Shown: piece after piece, positions 28,399 through 38,346 of the stretch
Layout of the letters: the number at the start of each line of letters is the position of its first letter
Position numbering within the stretch: the stretch's first letter is position 1
NCBI GenBank assembly: GCA_040755535.1
Contig: JBFMAV010000012.1
Coordinates: 15,002-79,001 of the forward strand
Source of the DNA: Pseudomonadota bacterium
GTDB lineage: Bacteria; Pseudomonadota; Alphaproteobacteria; Rhizobiales; Xanthobacteraceae
Length of the DNA: 64,000 nt
Direction of reading: 5' to 3'
Program-made: the position numbers and the translations under genes
The notes under the pieces: generated by a model
Told to the model about the DNA's origin: nothing
Database searches by the model: none
The model's input: the letters and a program-made list of their open reading frames with translations, nothing else

Positions 28399-29724
28399 AT
28401 GATACCGCCGGGTAACGGTTCTCATGCCATGGCGCCCATGCCCCCTGCCGCGATATCAACCCGCGACACCGGATCGCTAACCCCGGCACAGATGCGCACG
28501 CTCGCGCTCACCTCGCTCGGGGGCGCGCTCGAACTGTTCGACTTCGTCATCTTCGTCTATTTCGTGCCGTCGCTGGCGGCGGCTTTCTTCCCGCCGGGCA
28601 TTCCGCACTGGCTGGCGGAGCTTCAGACCTTTGTGGTGTTCGCGGTGGGCTATTTCGCCCGGCCGTTCGGCGGCGTGGTGGTGGCCCATTTCGGCGACCG
28701 CGTCGGCCGCAAGCGCACCTTTGGATTCACCGTCACGCTGATGGCCGGAGCCACGCTCGGCATGGCGGTATTGCCGCCCTATGCGGTCATCGGCATAGCC
28801 GCCCCCCTGCTGCTCTCGCTGCTGCGCATCATCCAGGGCATTGCGGTGGGGGGCGAAGTGGCGGGCGGCTATTTGTTCGGCGCCGAGCATGTGGCCGACA
28901 GCCGGCGCGGGCGCGCCTGCGGCTTTGTGGCGGGCGGCATGACGAGCGGGGTACTGCTTGGCGTGGGTGTGGCGACCCTCATTCACCACATGCTGGGCGC
29001 GGCCGACATCCTCGCCTGGGGATGGCGGCTGGCCTTCGTGCTGGGCGGAGGTCTCGGCCTGCTCACCCTGGTCCTGCGCCGCGACCTCCACGAAACACCC
29101 GTGTTCCGCGCCCTGGAAGAGTCGGGGCGGATTTCCGCCCGCCTACCGCTCGGCGAGGTCCTGCGCGCCCACCGCCGCGCGATCCTCCTGTCGGTCGGGG
29201 CCTTCTGGTCCTTCATCGCCCATTTCGTGGTGCTGTGCCTCATGGGGCCGACCCTGCTCCAATCCCTGTTCCAGCTGAGCGCGGTGGATGCGCTGGGGGC
29301 CGGATGCTTCGCGACCGCGACCTTCGTCCTGTGCGCGCCTCTCTCTGGACTTCTCTTCGACCGCATGGGACCGGGACCGGCGCTGGTCCTGCTCTGCCTG
29401 ATGGCGCTGATGGGCGATGCGCTGTTCCTGCTCGGATCTCGGGGCGCGCCGGACTTGGTGGTGCCGCTGTTCATGGTGGCGGGGGCGGGCGGCGGCCTGC
29501 TGGGCGGCGCCTCCGTGGTTATGATCCGCGCCTTTCCCCCGGCCATCGCCTATACTGGCGTTTCCCTCTCCCTCAACATCGTCTCCGGCATCATGGCGGG
29601 CCTCACGCCGGTTCTCATCGCGGGACTGTTGCCCTGGCTGCCGAGCGCGCCTCTGTGGTACCTCGCCGCCGCCTGTCTCAGCGGAGTGGCGGTGGGTGCC
29701 GTCCTGTGGCGGTCGCAAGGGTAA
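28399..29724 (+). CDS. MFS transporter (MHS type), paralog 2
   Basis: 441 aa. Contains GGVVVAHFGDRVGRKRTF and aligns with paralogs 1 and 3 along its full length. The start could instead be an internal Met (28429 or 28438). Confidence 0.88.
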   Translation: MIPPGNGSHAMAPMPPAAISTRDTGSLTPAQMRTLALTSLGGALELFDFVIFVYFVPSLAAAFFPPGIPHWLAELQTFVVFAVGYFARPFGGVVVAHFGDRVGRKRTFGFTVTLMAGATLGMAVLPPYAVIGIAAPLLLSLLRIIQGIAVGGEVAGGYLFGAEHVADSRRGRACGFVAGGMTSGVLLGVGVATLIHHMLGAADILAWGWRLAFVLGGGLGLLTLVLRRDLHETPVFRALEESGRISARLPLGEVLRAHRRAILLSVGAFWSFIAHFVVLCLMGPTLLQSLFQLSAVDALGAGCFATATFVLCAPLSGLLFDRMGPGPALVLLCLMALMGDALFLLGSRGAPDLVVPLFMVAGAGGGLLGGASVVMIRAFPPAIAYTGVSLSLNIVSGIMAGLTPVLIAGLLPWLPSAPLWYLAAACLSGVAVGAVLWRSQG

Positions 29725-29781
29725 GCTTTAGCTTGCGCGTCAGCAGAAGGAGCCGGTATCCCAATAAGAACCGCTCGGAGA

Positions 29782-31074
29782 ATGCCCGTGCCCGCTCCCC
29801 CTGCCTCGCCTTTGACACGCAAGCACGCGGCCATGCTCGGCCTCTCGGCCCTGGGCGGGGGCCTCGAACTCTATGATTTCATGGTGTTCGTGTTTTTCGT
29901 GCCGGTCATCTCGCAGGTTTTCTTCCCGCCCGACACGCCCCGCTGGCTGGCGGAGCTTCAGACCTTCACCGTGTTCGCGGTGGGCTTTCTGGCGCGGCCC
30001 CTGGGCGGCGTGCTGTTCGGTCATTTCGGCGACCGGATCGGCCGCAAGCGCACCTTCACCTTTTCCGTCCTGCTGATGGCGGGCGCGACGCTCGCCATCG
30101 CGCTTCTGCCGGGCTACCGGGAAATCGGCATCGCGGCCCCGGTCATCCTGGCCGCACTGCGCCTCGTCCAAGGCTTGGCAGTGGGCGGCGAGGTGGCGGG
30201 CGGCTATGTGTTTGCCAGCGAGCATGTGCCGCCGAACCGGCGGGGCCTCGCCTGCGGCGTCCTCGCCGCCGGCGCCACGACCGGCACATTGCTCGGCGTC
30301 AGCATGGCGACCTTCATGCACATGGTGGCGAGCCCTCAAGACATTCTCGCCTTCGCCTGGCGCATTCCCTTTCTCGTCGGCAGCGTGCTCGGCCTCGTGA
30401 CCTTGATCCTGCGGCGCTGGCTGGAGGAAACCCCGGTCTTCCAGGATCTCCAGCGGCGCCGTGCCCTGGCCGTGCAATTGCCGGTGAAGCTCGTGGTGCG
30501 GGAGCATTCCGCCGCGCTGGCGGTGTCGGCGCTCGGCATGTGGGTGCTTGTGGGACACTTCGCCGTGCTGGTGCTGATGGGGCCGACCCTGCTTCAGACG
30601 CAATATCACTTTCCCGCCGAGCAGGCGCTCGGCATCGGCAGCGCGGGCACCTTCTGCTCGTTCTTCGCCTGCCTGGTCTCGGGCCTCATGTTCGACCGGC
30701 TCGGGCCGGGCCGGGCGCTCTTGGTCGCGTCCCTTCTGGCGGGTCTGGCGAGCCAGTTCTTCCTCGCCGTGGCGGTGCATCACCCCGGCCTGCTGCTGCC
30801 GGCCTATTGCGCCGCGACCTTCGGAACCGGCCTTCTGACCGCCGTCCCGCTGCTCGCCATCCGCAGCTTTCCCCCGCAGGTCGCTTTTTCGGGCGTGTCG
30901 CTGGCCTATAATTTCGGCTTCGGGATCATGGCCGGGCTCACCCCCATCTTCATAGCGGCCGTGATCCCGGTGTTTCCCGCCATTCCCATGGCCTATCTGC
31001 TGGCCCTGGAGGCGACGGGCGTCGCGCTGGGGTTCGTCTTGATGCGCAGGCCGGCGGACGCCGCGCCGGTATAG
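29782..31074 (+). CDS. MFS transporter (MHS type), paralog 3
   Basis: 430 aa. Contains GGVLFGHFGDRIGRKRTF. It is closest to paralog 2 by eye. Confidence 0.9.
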   Translation: MPVPAPPASPLTRKHAAMLGLSALGGGLELYDFMVFVFFVPVISQVFFPPDTPRWLAELQTFTVFAVGFLARPLGGVLFGHFGDRIGRKRTFTFSVLLMAGATLAIALLPGYREIGIAAPVILAALRLVQGLAVGGEVAGGYVFASEHVPPNRRGLACGVLAAGATTGTLLGVSMATFMHMVASPQDILAFAWRIPFLVGSVLGLVTLILRRWLEETPVFQDLQRRRALAVQLPVKLVVREHSAALAVSALGMWVLVGHFAVLVLMGPTLLQTQYHFPAEQALGIGSAGTFCSFFACLVSGLMFDRLGPGRALLVASLLAGLASQFFLAVAVHHPGLLLPAYCAATFGTGLLTAVPLLAIRSFPPQVAFSGVSLAYNFGFGIMAGLTPIFIAAVIPVFPAIPMAYLLALEATGVALGFVLMRRPADAAPV

Positions 31075-31170
31075 GTCGAGCTGGGGCGGGAGGCACCGGG
31101 TGGCCCCCCTCCGCGCCATCACTGGCGCGAATGGGTTCGATGCCTTCTTACCGGGGAAGAGGATCTCCCC

Positions 31171-32868
31171 TCAATTCCCGCCTTCCAGCAGGCGGCGGGC
31201 GATGACCTGGGCCTGGATCTCCGCCGCGCCCTCGAAAATGTTGAGGATGCGCGCGTCGCACAAGAGGCGCGAGACCGGATATTCCAGCGCGAAGCCGTTG
31301 CCGCCATGGATCTGGAGCGCATTGTCGGCCGCCGCCCAGGCGACGCGCGCGCCCAGCAGCTTGGACATGCCGGCCTCAAGATCCGTGCGGCGACCCTCAT
31401 CCTTGGCGCGGGCGGCGAAATAGGTGATCTGGCGGGCGATGGCGATCTCCACCGCCATCATGACGATCTTGTCCGCGACGCGCGGGAAGGAGATGAGCGG
31501 CTTGCCGAACTGGATGCGCTCCTCGGCATAGCGCAGGCCGGTCTCCAGCGCCGCCTGGGCAACGCCCACGGCGCGCGCCGCGGTCTGGATGCGCGCGGCC
31601 TCGAAGGTGTTCATGAGCTGCTTGAAGCCCTGGCCTTCCTCGCCGCCCAGCAATTGGCCCGCCGGCACCTCGAAGCCGTCGAAGCCGATCTCATATTCCT
31701 TCATGCCGCGATAGCCGAGCACCTCGATCTCGCCGCCGGTCATCCCCTTGGCGGGGAAGGGCTCGGCGTCCGTGCCGCGCGGCTTTTCGGCCAGCAGCAT
31801 GGACAGGCCCTTATAGCCGGGCTCGGCGGGATTGGTGCGCACCAGCAGTGTCATGAGGTCGGCGCGCACCGGATGGGTGATCCAGGTCTTGTTGCCGGAA
31901 ACCTTGTAAACCGCATCCTCTCCCTCGCCCTCCTTCACCGCGCGGGTGCGCAGCGAGGCGAGGTCGGAGCCGGTATTGGGCTCGGTGAAGACCGCCGTGG
32001 GCAGGATCTCGCCCGAGGCGATCTTGGGCAGATAATGCGCCTTCTGTTCGTCCGTGCCGCCGCCGATGATCAGTTCCGCCGCGATTTCCGAGCGGGTGCC
32101 CAGCGAGCCGACGCCGATATAGCCGCGCGAAAGCTCCTCCGTGACGAGGCACATGGCCTCCTTGGAAAGGCCGAGGCCGCCGAATTCCTCCGGGATGGTC
32201 AGGCCGAACACACCGAGATCGGCGAGGCCCTGGACGATCTCCAGCGGGATATAGGCATTCTTCAGGTGCCACTCATGGGCATGCGGCACCACCTCCGCCT
32301 CCACGAAGCGGCGGATTTCCGCGCGCATGGCGGCCATGGTCTCGTCGAGCCCGGAATCGCCCACGGTTCCCGGCCCCTGCGCGCGGATCAAGGCGGCCAG
32401 CGCCTTGCGCGCGGCGGCGGTGTTGCCGTCCCGGATCAGTTCGGCGACCGCAGGATGGGTGCGCACCGCCTCCGCCGAACCGGCCGAGACGAACAGGTCG
32501 TCCAGACGGACGGTCTCGCCCTGGCTCATGGGAATGCCGCCGAAGATCTGCGCGACATATTCCCCGAGGCCGATCTGTACGAGCAGATGCTCGGCCGGAC
32601 CGAAGGTCCCCACTTCGGTCAGGCGGTCGGCGTAATGCACCAGTTCGCGCACGCCGAACACATAGGTCGCGAGCCAGGCGAGGCCGTGGGTGGCGCGCTG
32701 CTCCTCCTCGATGAGGCGGGAGGAGAGCTTGCCGTTCTCGCTCACCTTCGCCTTCACGGCGGAGGTTGCTTCGGCGAGGAGCTTCTCCAGAAGGGCGGTC
32801 GCGGTACGGCCGAGCGCGACCGCATCGATGGCATCTTCTTCCAGATGGCGCGCGGCGCTGGCGGACAT
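31171..32868 (-). CDS. large acyl-CoA dehydrogenase family protein
   Basis: ATG 32868 is preceded by AGGGGG. The ACAD core is present (FGLTIPEEFGGLGL..., TEPNTGSDLASLRTRA, GNKTWITH, C-terminal IFEGAAEIQ). The N-terminal 21 codons of the track ORF were rejected. Confidence 0.88.
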   Translation of the reverse strand: MSASAARHLEEDAIDAVALGRTATALLEKLLAEATSAVKAKVSENGKLSSRLIEEEQRATHGLAWLATYVFGVRELVHYADRLTEVGTFGPAEHLLVQIGLGEYVAQIFGGIPMSQGETVRLDDLFVSAGSAEAVRTHPAVAELIRDGNTAAARKALAALIRAQGPGTVGDSGLDETMAAMRAEIRRFVEAEVVPHAHEWHLKNAYIPLEIVQGLADLGVFGLTIPEEFGGLGLSKEAMCLVTEELSRGYIGVGSLGTRSEIAAELIIGGGTDEQKAHYLPKIASGEILPTAVFTEPNTGSDLASLRTRAVKEGEGEDAVYKVSGNKTWITHPVRADLMTLLVRTNPAEPGYKGLSMLLAEKPRGTDAEPFPAKGMTGGEIEVLGYRGMKEYEIGFDGFEVPAGQLLGGEEGQGFKQLMNTFEAARIQTAARAVGVAQAALETGLRYAEERIQFGKPLISFPRVADKIVMMAVEIAIARQITYFAARAKDEGRRTDLEAGMSKLLGARVAWAAADNALQIHGGNGFALEYPVSRLLCDARILNIFEGAAEIQAQVIARRLLEGGN

Positions 32869-32968
32869 GGCGATGGACCCCCTTTGTGCATTGCGGAATT
32901 TTCGCCATCCTGACCGGCACGGCGACGGCACGCAATACGGGAATCGGACGCCGCAACGCGGCGCGCGG

Positions 32969-32987
32969 AAAAACCGCGCCGGCGCGG
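32969..32987 (-). terminator. probable intrinsic terminator of the secB operon
   Basis: On the minus strand, CCGCGCCGGCGCGG (a palindromic hairpin, 32974-32987) is followed directly by TTTTT (32969-32973). This lies 12 nt after the stop of the 32999..33631 gene. Confidence 0.5.
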
Positions 32988-32998
32988 GGAAAACGCCC

Positions 32999-33631
32999 CT
33001 ATTCGGGCCAGGCGATGGAGATCTGCTGCACGCTCGGGCGCACCGCGCGCATCGCCGGCAGGGCGGACGACATCTGGCGGTCGCCGGCCACTTTGATCAG
33101 GGCCGTGTCGGGAGCGTTCGGATCGGGCGCGAAACGCGCGCCGATCACGCAGCCCTCACGGGCCATCCCAAGCGCACCGCCCTTCCAGTCCGAGACGTAG
33201 CCGCCATAATCCCACTCGAACCCATAGAGGGTGAAGGGACGGCCATTGATCGCCTCCACTTCGGCAATCGGCAGGCCAATGGAAAGCACCCCGCGCGGAA
33301 CCGGCGCGCGCCACACGCTGCCCTCTCCGGCGCGTACCAAAGAGGGGCGCTTGCGGGCCTCCGCATCGTGCCAAAGGATTTCAAGGCGCCGGGCCGAATC
33401 GTCGGGAAACAGGATGGTACCGGGCTCGGTGGCACCTTCGGCCACAGTTACATCCCCATGGCGCACGTTGGCGGCGCCGAACACGGCGGCCAACCGCGCC
33501 GCGTCCGCATCCTTGGCGAACGGGCCGCTGCACGCGAGCGGGGGAAGCTGCGGCGCCTGCGCGCCAACGGGCAAGGGGGCGGCGCCGGCCAGCACCGCCG
33601 CCATAAGAAGGGCCGTGCGGCCCGGTTTCAC
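32999..33631 (-). CDS. exported hypothetical protein
   Basis: 210 aa with a signal peptide ([26 protein letters not shown]). Its GTG start overlaps the secB stop (GTGA). I recognise no family. Confidence 0.65.
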   Translation of the reverse strand: MKPGRTALLMAAVLAGAAPLPVGAQAPQLPPLACSGPFAKDADAARLAAVFGAANVRHGDVTVAEGATEPGTILFPDDSARRLEILWHDAEARKRPSLVRAGEGSVWRAPVPRGVLSIGLPIAEVEAINGRPFTLYGFEWDYGGYVSDWKGGALGMAREGCVIGARFAPDPNAPDTALIKVAGDRQMSSALPAMRAVRPSVQQISIAWPE

Positions 33632-34110
33632 GCCTGTCCGACGGTGGCGAGGCGCTGGGCCTCGCTCGCCATGCGCTGCTGGTAGAGCGCGGCGAAGTCC
33701 ACCGGATCAATCATGAGGGGCGGAAAGCCGCCGCCGCGCACCGCTTCGGCGACAATCTGGCGGGCGAACGGGAACAGCAGGCGCGGGCACTCGATCAGCA
33801 CCACCGGCTGGAGGCTCTGCTCGGGAATGTTGCGCACGCGGAAGATGCCGCCATAGACGAGATCGAAGGCGAACAGGGTTGATCCGCCCGCCGTGGCGCT
33901 GCCGTCGATCTTCAGCTCCACCTCGAACTCGTCATTCTGGAGCGGACGGGCGTTCACGTTGATCTGAATCTTCACGTCCGGCTGGCCGCCCGGATTGGCG
34001 AGCGAACGCGGCGCGTTGGGATTTTCGAACGACAGATCCTTGATATATTGGGCGAGCACATTGAGCGCGGGCGCCTGGGTGTCCGTCGGGCTGCCATTTT
34101 GCGTCGCCAT
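33628..34110 (-). CDS. secB: protein-export chaperone SecB
   Basis: ATG 34110 lies 6 nt after AAGGAG. Blocks [19 protein letters not shown] and [29 protein letters not shown]. Confidence 0.93.
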   Translation of the reverse strand: MATQNGSPTDTQAPALNVLAQYIKDLSFENPNAPRSLANPGGQPDVKIQINVNARPLQNDEFEVELKIDGSATAGGSTLFAFDLVYGGIFRVRNIPEQSLQPVVLIECPRLLFPFARQIVAEAVRGGGFPPLMIDPVDFAALYQQRMASEAQRLATVGQA

Positions 34111-34187
34111 GCTCATCTCCTTGCAATCGTCGCCTCGTCCCCGCGAGGTCGCGGGTGCGCTAGCACGGCTGCAAGCGGGGGGCAAGG

Positions 34188-34430
34188 ATGGCGGCGCGCC
34201 GGAGACACGACATGAGCGAAGCGAACATCCCCTTTTCCACGGTCACCCTGGTGCCTGAGGAGCGCCCGCTGAGCGAAGCGGCCAAGCGCGCCCTTGCGGA
34301 AGCCGCTGAACGCCGCGCCGCCATCGACGCACTGGCCCAGGCCATGCCCAAGGAACTGAACGGTCGCGGCGGCAAGGAGCCGGTGCGGTACGGAGACTGG
34401 GAAGTGGGCGGGATCGCCTCGGATTTCTGA
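34188..34430 (+). CDS. DUF1674 protein (SDHAF4-like)
   Basis: The C-terminal signature is [26 protein letters not shown]. The start may instead be the internal ATG 34212 (MSEANI). Confidence 0.78.
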   Translation: MAARRRHDMSEANIPFSTVTLVPEERPLSEAAKRALAEAAERRAAIDALAQAMPKELNGRGGKEPVRYGDWEVGGIASDF

Positions 34431-34463
34431 CGCCGGCCGGCCCCATGGCGCGACGGCGCACCT

Positions 34464-35273
34464 TCAGCCTTTGAAGACCATGAGGCCGACGAGCCCCGCA
34501 AGACCCACTGCGATGCGCCACCAGCCGAACGGCGCATAGCCGTGGCGCGACACGAAATCGAGCAGCGCGCGGATCACCAGAACCGCCGAGCAGAAGGCCG
34601 CCACGAAGCCGATGGCGATCAAGAGCCCGTCATCGAAGGTCAGCGCGTTGCGGTTCTTGTACAGGTCGTAGGTGAAGGCCCCGAGCATGGTGGGCAGGGC
34701 CAGGAAGAAGGAAAATTCCGCCGCCGCGCGCTTGTCCACGCCCATCAGCATGGCTCCCACGATGGTGGAGCCGGAGCGCGACATGCCGGGGATCATGGCC
34801 ACGCACTGGCACAGGCCGATCTTGAACGCCATCGAGAGCGGCAGGCCCATGGCATTGTTGTAGCGCGGCTGCGGCGCCACATGGTCGATGAACAAGAGCA
34901 CGATGCCGCCCAGGATGAGGGTGCAGCAGATCAGCATGGGTGATTCGAACAGCACCGCCTTGATGAAGCCGTGCGCGGCGGCTCCGATGACCGCCGCCGG
35001 CAGGAAGGCGAGGACGATCCCGATCACGAAACGGCGAGCACCCGGGCTGCTGGGCAGCAGCAGGGCCACCCGGAAGAAACGCTGGAAATAGACCGTGACG
35101 ATGGCGAGCACGGCGCCGAGCTGGATCAGCACCTCGAAGGTTTTTCCGTTGCTCTCGAAGCCGAGGAAATGGCCCACCAGGAGCAGGTGGGCGGTCGAGG
35201 AAACGGGGATGAACTCGGTGAGCCCCTCCAGGATTCCAAGGACCAGGGCTTCGAGCATCGTACCAAGCGTCAT
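34464..35273 (-). CDS. uppP: undecaprenyl-diphosphate phosphatase
   Basis: 269 aa from ATG 35273. Contains [18 protein letters not shown] and [10 protein letters not shown]. The 253-codon N-terminal extension of track ORF 34464..36032 was rejected. Confidence 0.93.
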   Translation of the reverse strand: MTLGTMLEALVLGILEGLTEFIPVSSTAHLLLVGHFLGFESNGKTFEVLIQLGAVLAIVTVYFQRFFRVALLLPSSPGARRFVIGIVLAFLPAAVIGAAAHGFIKAVLFESPMLICCTLILGGIVLLFIDHVAPQPRYNNAMGLPLSMAFKIGLCQCVAMIPGMSRSGSTIVGAMLMGVDKRAAAEFSFFLALPTMLGAFTYDLYKNRNALTFDDGLLIAIGFVAAFCSAVLVIRALLDFVSRHGYAPFGWWRIAVGLAGLVGLMVFKG

Positions 35274-35504
35274 GAGGTCGTCCGTCCGGCAAATCGCGCC
35301 GCGCGCGGCGGCGGCGGCATCCTGAGCGGTCGTCCCGAGGGGCGCAAGGAAAGGCGCTCGTGGGCCACCGACTTGTCCCAAGGAGAGGTGTTTCCTTTGG
35401 TTCACCATGTGGCGCCATTGCCACAACGGAAGGCGGGATTGCGTCTTGCGGCACCGCAAGAAGGGCTCTAGAGGGAAACAAGCCCGAGAGGCACTTCCCC
35501 CGAA

Positions 35505-36194
35505 ATGCAGCTGCACCACCACCCCTTCTGCCCCCATTCGCGTTTCGTCCGCCTCGTGCTCGCCGAATACGGCATCGAGCCCGAACTGGTGGAGGAGCGC
35601 ACATGGGAGCGCCGTCCCGACTTCCTGGCGCTCAATCCCGCGAACGAGACGCCGGTGGTGGTGGAACAGCAGGCGCCCTCCGTGCCGGGCGCGGCCATCA
35701 TCGCGGAATATCTCGACGAGACGCGCGGCCTCGCCTTGGGCGATCGCCGCCTCCTGCCCGAAAGCCCCCTGGATCGGATCGAGGTGCGGCGCCTCGTGGC
35801 CTGGTTCAACGAGAAGATGTATCTCGACGTCACCGAGCATCTGGTGCGCGAGCGCATCTATAAGCGCTACATGCGGACCCAGCAGGGCGGCGGCCCGCCC
35901 GACGCCACCGCGCTGCGCGCCGCCCGCGCCAATATCCGCTATCATCTGAAATATATCGGATGGCTCGCGAAGGCGCGGAACTGGCTGGCCGGACAGCGCA
36001 TGACCCATGCGGATCTCGCCGCCGCCGCCCATCTCTCCGTGGCCGATTATCTGGGCGACGTGCCGTGGGACGAGGACGAGGACGCGAAGGAATGGTACGC
36101 CCGCATGAAATCGCGGCCGACCTTTCGCGGCCTGTTGAACGACAGCATTCCGGGCATGCCGGCCTCCCCGACCTATACGGATCTCGATTTCTGA
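35505..36194 (+). CDS. glutathione S-transferase family protein
   Basis: 229 aa with a thioredoxin-like N-domain ([17 protein letters not shown]...NPANETPVV) and a helical C-domain. Confidence 0.85.
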   Translation: MQLHHHPFCPHSRFVRLVLAEYGIEPELVEERTWERRPDFLALNPANETPVVVEQQAPSVPGAAIIAEYLDETRGLALGDRRLLPESPLDRIEVRRLVAWFNEKMYLDVTEHLVRERIYKRYMRTQQGGGPPDATALRAARANIRYHLKYIGWLAKARNWLAGQRMTHADLAAAAHLSVADYLGDVPWDEDEDAKEWYARMKSRPTFRGLLNDSIPGMPASPTYTDLDF

Positions 36195-37426
36195 GCGCGG
36201 CGGACGGGCGCGCGGACGCAGGTTCGCCCCACCTGTCCGGTGAGGCGCCGCGCGCGGTTTCCCGCGCCGATATCCCGCCTGCCCCGCCCAGCCCCGACAT
36301 CCTCAAGGCCCGCCTCAAGACCCTCGCGGCCGAGGAAGGCTTCGACGCCTTCGGCATTGCCGACCCCGATGCCATTCCCGACGCGGGGGCGCGCCTTGCG
36401 CAGTTCGTGGCGCAGGGCCGGCAGGGCAACATGGATTGGATGCGCGAAACGCTGGACCGGCGGGCGGCGCCCCGCGCGCTCTGGCCGGACATGCGGTCCA
36501 TCGTCATGCTCGGCTATAATTACGGGCCGGACGAAGACCCCCGCGCCATCCTCGCGCAGCGGTCGCACGGCGCCATTTCGGTTTATGCCCGGGGAGAGGA
36601 CTACCACGAGATCATCAAGGCGAAGCTGAAGCGCATGGCCCGCGCCTTTCTGGCGGAAGCCGGAACGGGAGATGTGAAAGTCTTCGTGGATACCGCGCCC
36701 CTCATGGAGAAGCCGCTCGCGGCCGCCGCCGGTCTCGGGTGGCAGGGCAAGCACACCAATCTCGTCTCACGGGCGCGCGGCTCCTGGCTGTTTCTCGGCG
36801 CCATCGCCACCACCTGGGCGCTGCCCTTCGATCCGCCCATGGCGGACCATTGCGGCGCCTGCCGGGCGTGCCTGGATGCCTGCCCCACCGCCGCCTTTCC
36901 CGCGCCCTACCAGATCGATGCGCGGCGCTGCATCTCCTATCTCACCATCGAGCATCACGGCCCCATTCCCCGGGCGCTGCGCCCGCTCATGGGCAATCGC
37001 ATCTATGGCTGCGACGATTGCCTTGCCGCCTGTCCCTGGAACAAGTTCGCCCAGCAGGGCCGCGACATGAAGCTCGCAGCCCGCGAAGAGAACCGCGCCC
37101 CGGCGCTGGCCGAGCTCGCCGTGCTGGACGATGCCGCGTTCCGCGCGCGCTTTCCCAAGAGCCCCATCAAGCGGACCGGCCGCGCGCGCATGGTGCGCAA
37201 TGTGCTGGTCGCCATGGGAAATTCCGGCGACCCGAGCCATATTCCAACGGCGCGCACGCTGGCGGAAGATGCCGACCCGCTGGTGCGCGGCGCGGCCGCC
37301 TGGGCGCTGGAGCAGCTCATGGAACAAAAGGAATTCGCTGAATTTGCTGCGCCCATGCTGCGCAGCGAAACCGATCCGGACGTGCGGGGGGAATGGATGG
37401 GCAGCGCGAGCCAGGAGGACCTATGA
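36092..37426 (+). CDS. queG: epoxyqueuosine reductase
   Basis: Two 4Fe-4S motifs ([12 protein letters not shown] and [11 protein letters not shown]), YISYLTIEH-like [11 protein letters not shown] and a HEAT-like C-terminus. The start is uncertain: conserved sequence begins near 36290, and there is no in-frame ATG/GTG/TTG between the GST stop (36194) and that point. Confidence 0.85.
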   Translation: MVRPHEIAADLSRPVERQHSGHAGLPDLYGSRFLSAADGRADAGSPHLSGEAPRAVSRADIPPAPPSPDILKARLKTLAAEEGFDAFGIADPDAIPDAGARLAQFVAQGRQGNMDWMRETLDRRAAPRALWPDMRSIVMLGYNYGPDEDPRAILAQRSHGAISVYARGEDYHEIIKAKLKRMARAFLAEAGTGDVKVFVDTAPLMEKPLAAAAGLGWQGKHTNLVSRARGSWLFLGAIATTWALPFDPPMADHCGACRACLDACPTAAFPAPYQIDARRCISYLTIEHHGPIPRALRPLMGNRIYGCDDCLAACPWNKFAQQGRDMKLAAREENRAPALAELAVLDDAAFRARFPKSPIKRTGRARMVRNVLVAMGNSGDPSHIPTARTLAEDADPLVRGAAAWALEQLMEQKEFAEFAAPMLRSETDPDVRGEWMGSASQEDL

Positions 37427-38346
37427 CGACGCTTCTGGCGGTCGGGCTCGGCTATTGCGGGCGCATCTGGATTTCGGCGGAGCCCGCGCGGTTCGCCCGT
37501 GTCATCGGCACCAGCCGCAGCGCGGAGGGCGTGGCGAACCTCGCCCGGTCCGCGCCGGGGACCCAGGCCATCGCCTTCGACGGTTCAGTCTTGCCGCAGG
37601 CTCTCACCGACGCCATCGCACAGGCGGACATCCTGCTGCTCTCGGCCCCGCCCGGCGTGGCGGGCGATCCTCTTTTGGCGGTCGCGCGGGCGGCGCTGCG
37701 GGAGAGCCCGAGCCTGCGCCACATCCTTTATCTCACCACCCTCGGCGTCTATGGCGACCATGGCGGGGCGTGGGTGGATGAGGACAGCGTCCCCAATCCC
37801 GGCTCGGACCGGCTGAGGAGGCGGCTCGCGGCGGAGGCCGACTGGCAGGCGCTGGGCCGGGAAAAAGGGATACCCGTGGCCAGCCTGCGGCTCGCCGGCA
37901 TTTACGGGCCGGGACGCAACGCGCTGCTCCAGCTGCGCGCGGGCGAGGCCCGGCGCATCGACAAGCCGGGCCAGGTCTTCAACCGAATCCATGTGGACGA
38001 TATCGCGACCGCCTTGTCCGCCGTTGTGGATCAGGGCTTTGACGGGGTTCTGAACGTCACCGACGACCTGCCGAGCGCGCCCGGCGAGCCCGTGGCCTAT
38101 GCAGCCGGCCTGTTGGGCCTGGAGCCGCCGCCGCTCCTCCCCTTCGCGGAGGCGGCGCGCAGCATGAGCCCGATGGCCCTGACCTTCTGGGCGGGCAACA
38201 AGCGGGTGCGCAACGACCGGCTGAAGGGCCTCGGGGTTCGCCTGCGCTATCCCACCTATCGCGAGGGCCTTTCCGCACTGTTCGCCGAGGGCGAGGGCGC
38301 GGCGGCCGTCAGGCCGGCGGAAGCGGCGCGTCCAGCCACACCTTGA
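37423..38346 (+). CDS. SDR / NAD-dependent epimerase-dehydratase-like oxidoreductase
   Basis: ATG 37423 is preceded by AGGAGG and overlaps the queG stop (ATGA). It has a Rossmann-like N-terminus and LGVYGD ... AGIYGPGRN blocks. Confidence 0.8.
   Translation: MTTLLAVGLGYCGRIWISAEPARFARVIGTSRSAEGVANLARSAPGTQAIAFDGSVLPQALTDAIAQADILLLSAPPGVAGDPLLAVARAALRESPSLRHILYLTTLGVYGDHGGAWVDEDSVPNPGSDRLRRRLAAEADWQALGREKGIPVASLRLAGIYGPGRNALLQLRAGEARRIDKPGQVFNRIHVDDIATALSAVVDQGFDGVLNVTDDLPSAPGEPVAYAAGLLGLEPPPLLPFAEAARSMSPMALTFWAGNKRVRNDRLKGLGVRLRYPTYREGLSALFAEGEGAAAVRPAEAARPATP

Noticed and set aside
31125-31150. GGGTTCGATGCC, resembling a tRNA T-arm, in the MFS / acyl-CoA dehydrogenase intergenic region
   Set aside because: I could not fold any acceptor, D or anticodon arm around it, and the spacer is too short. 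I found no tRNA anywhere in the window.
31306-32913. 535-aa plus-strand ORF antisense to the acyl-CoA dehydrogenase gene
   Set aside because: Shadow ORF. The minus-strand product has the full ACAD motif set.
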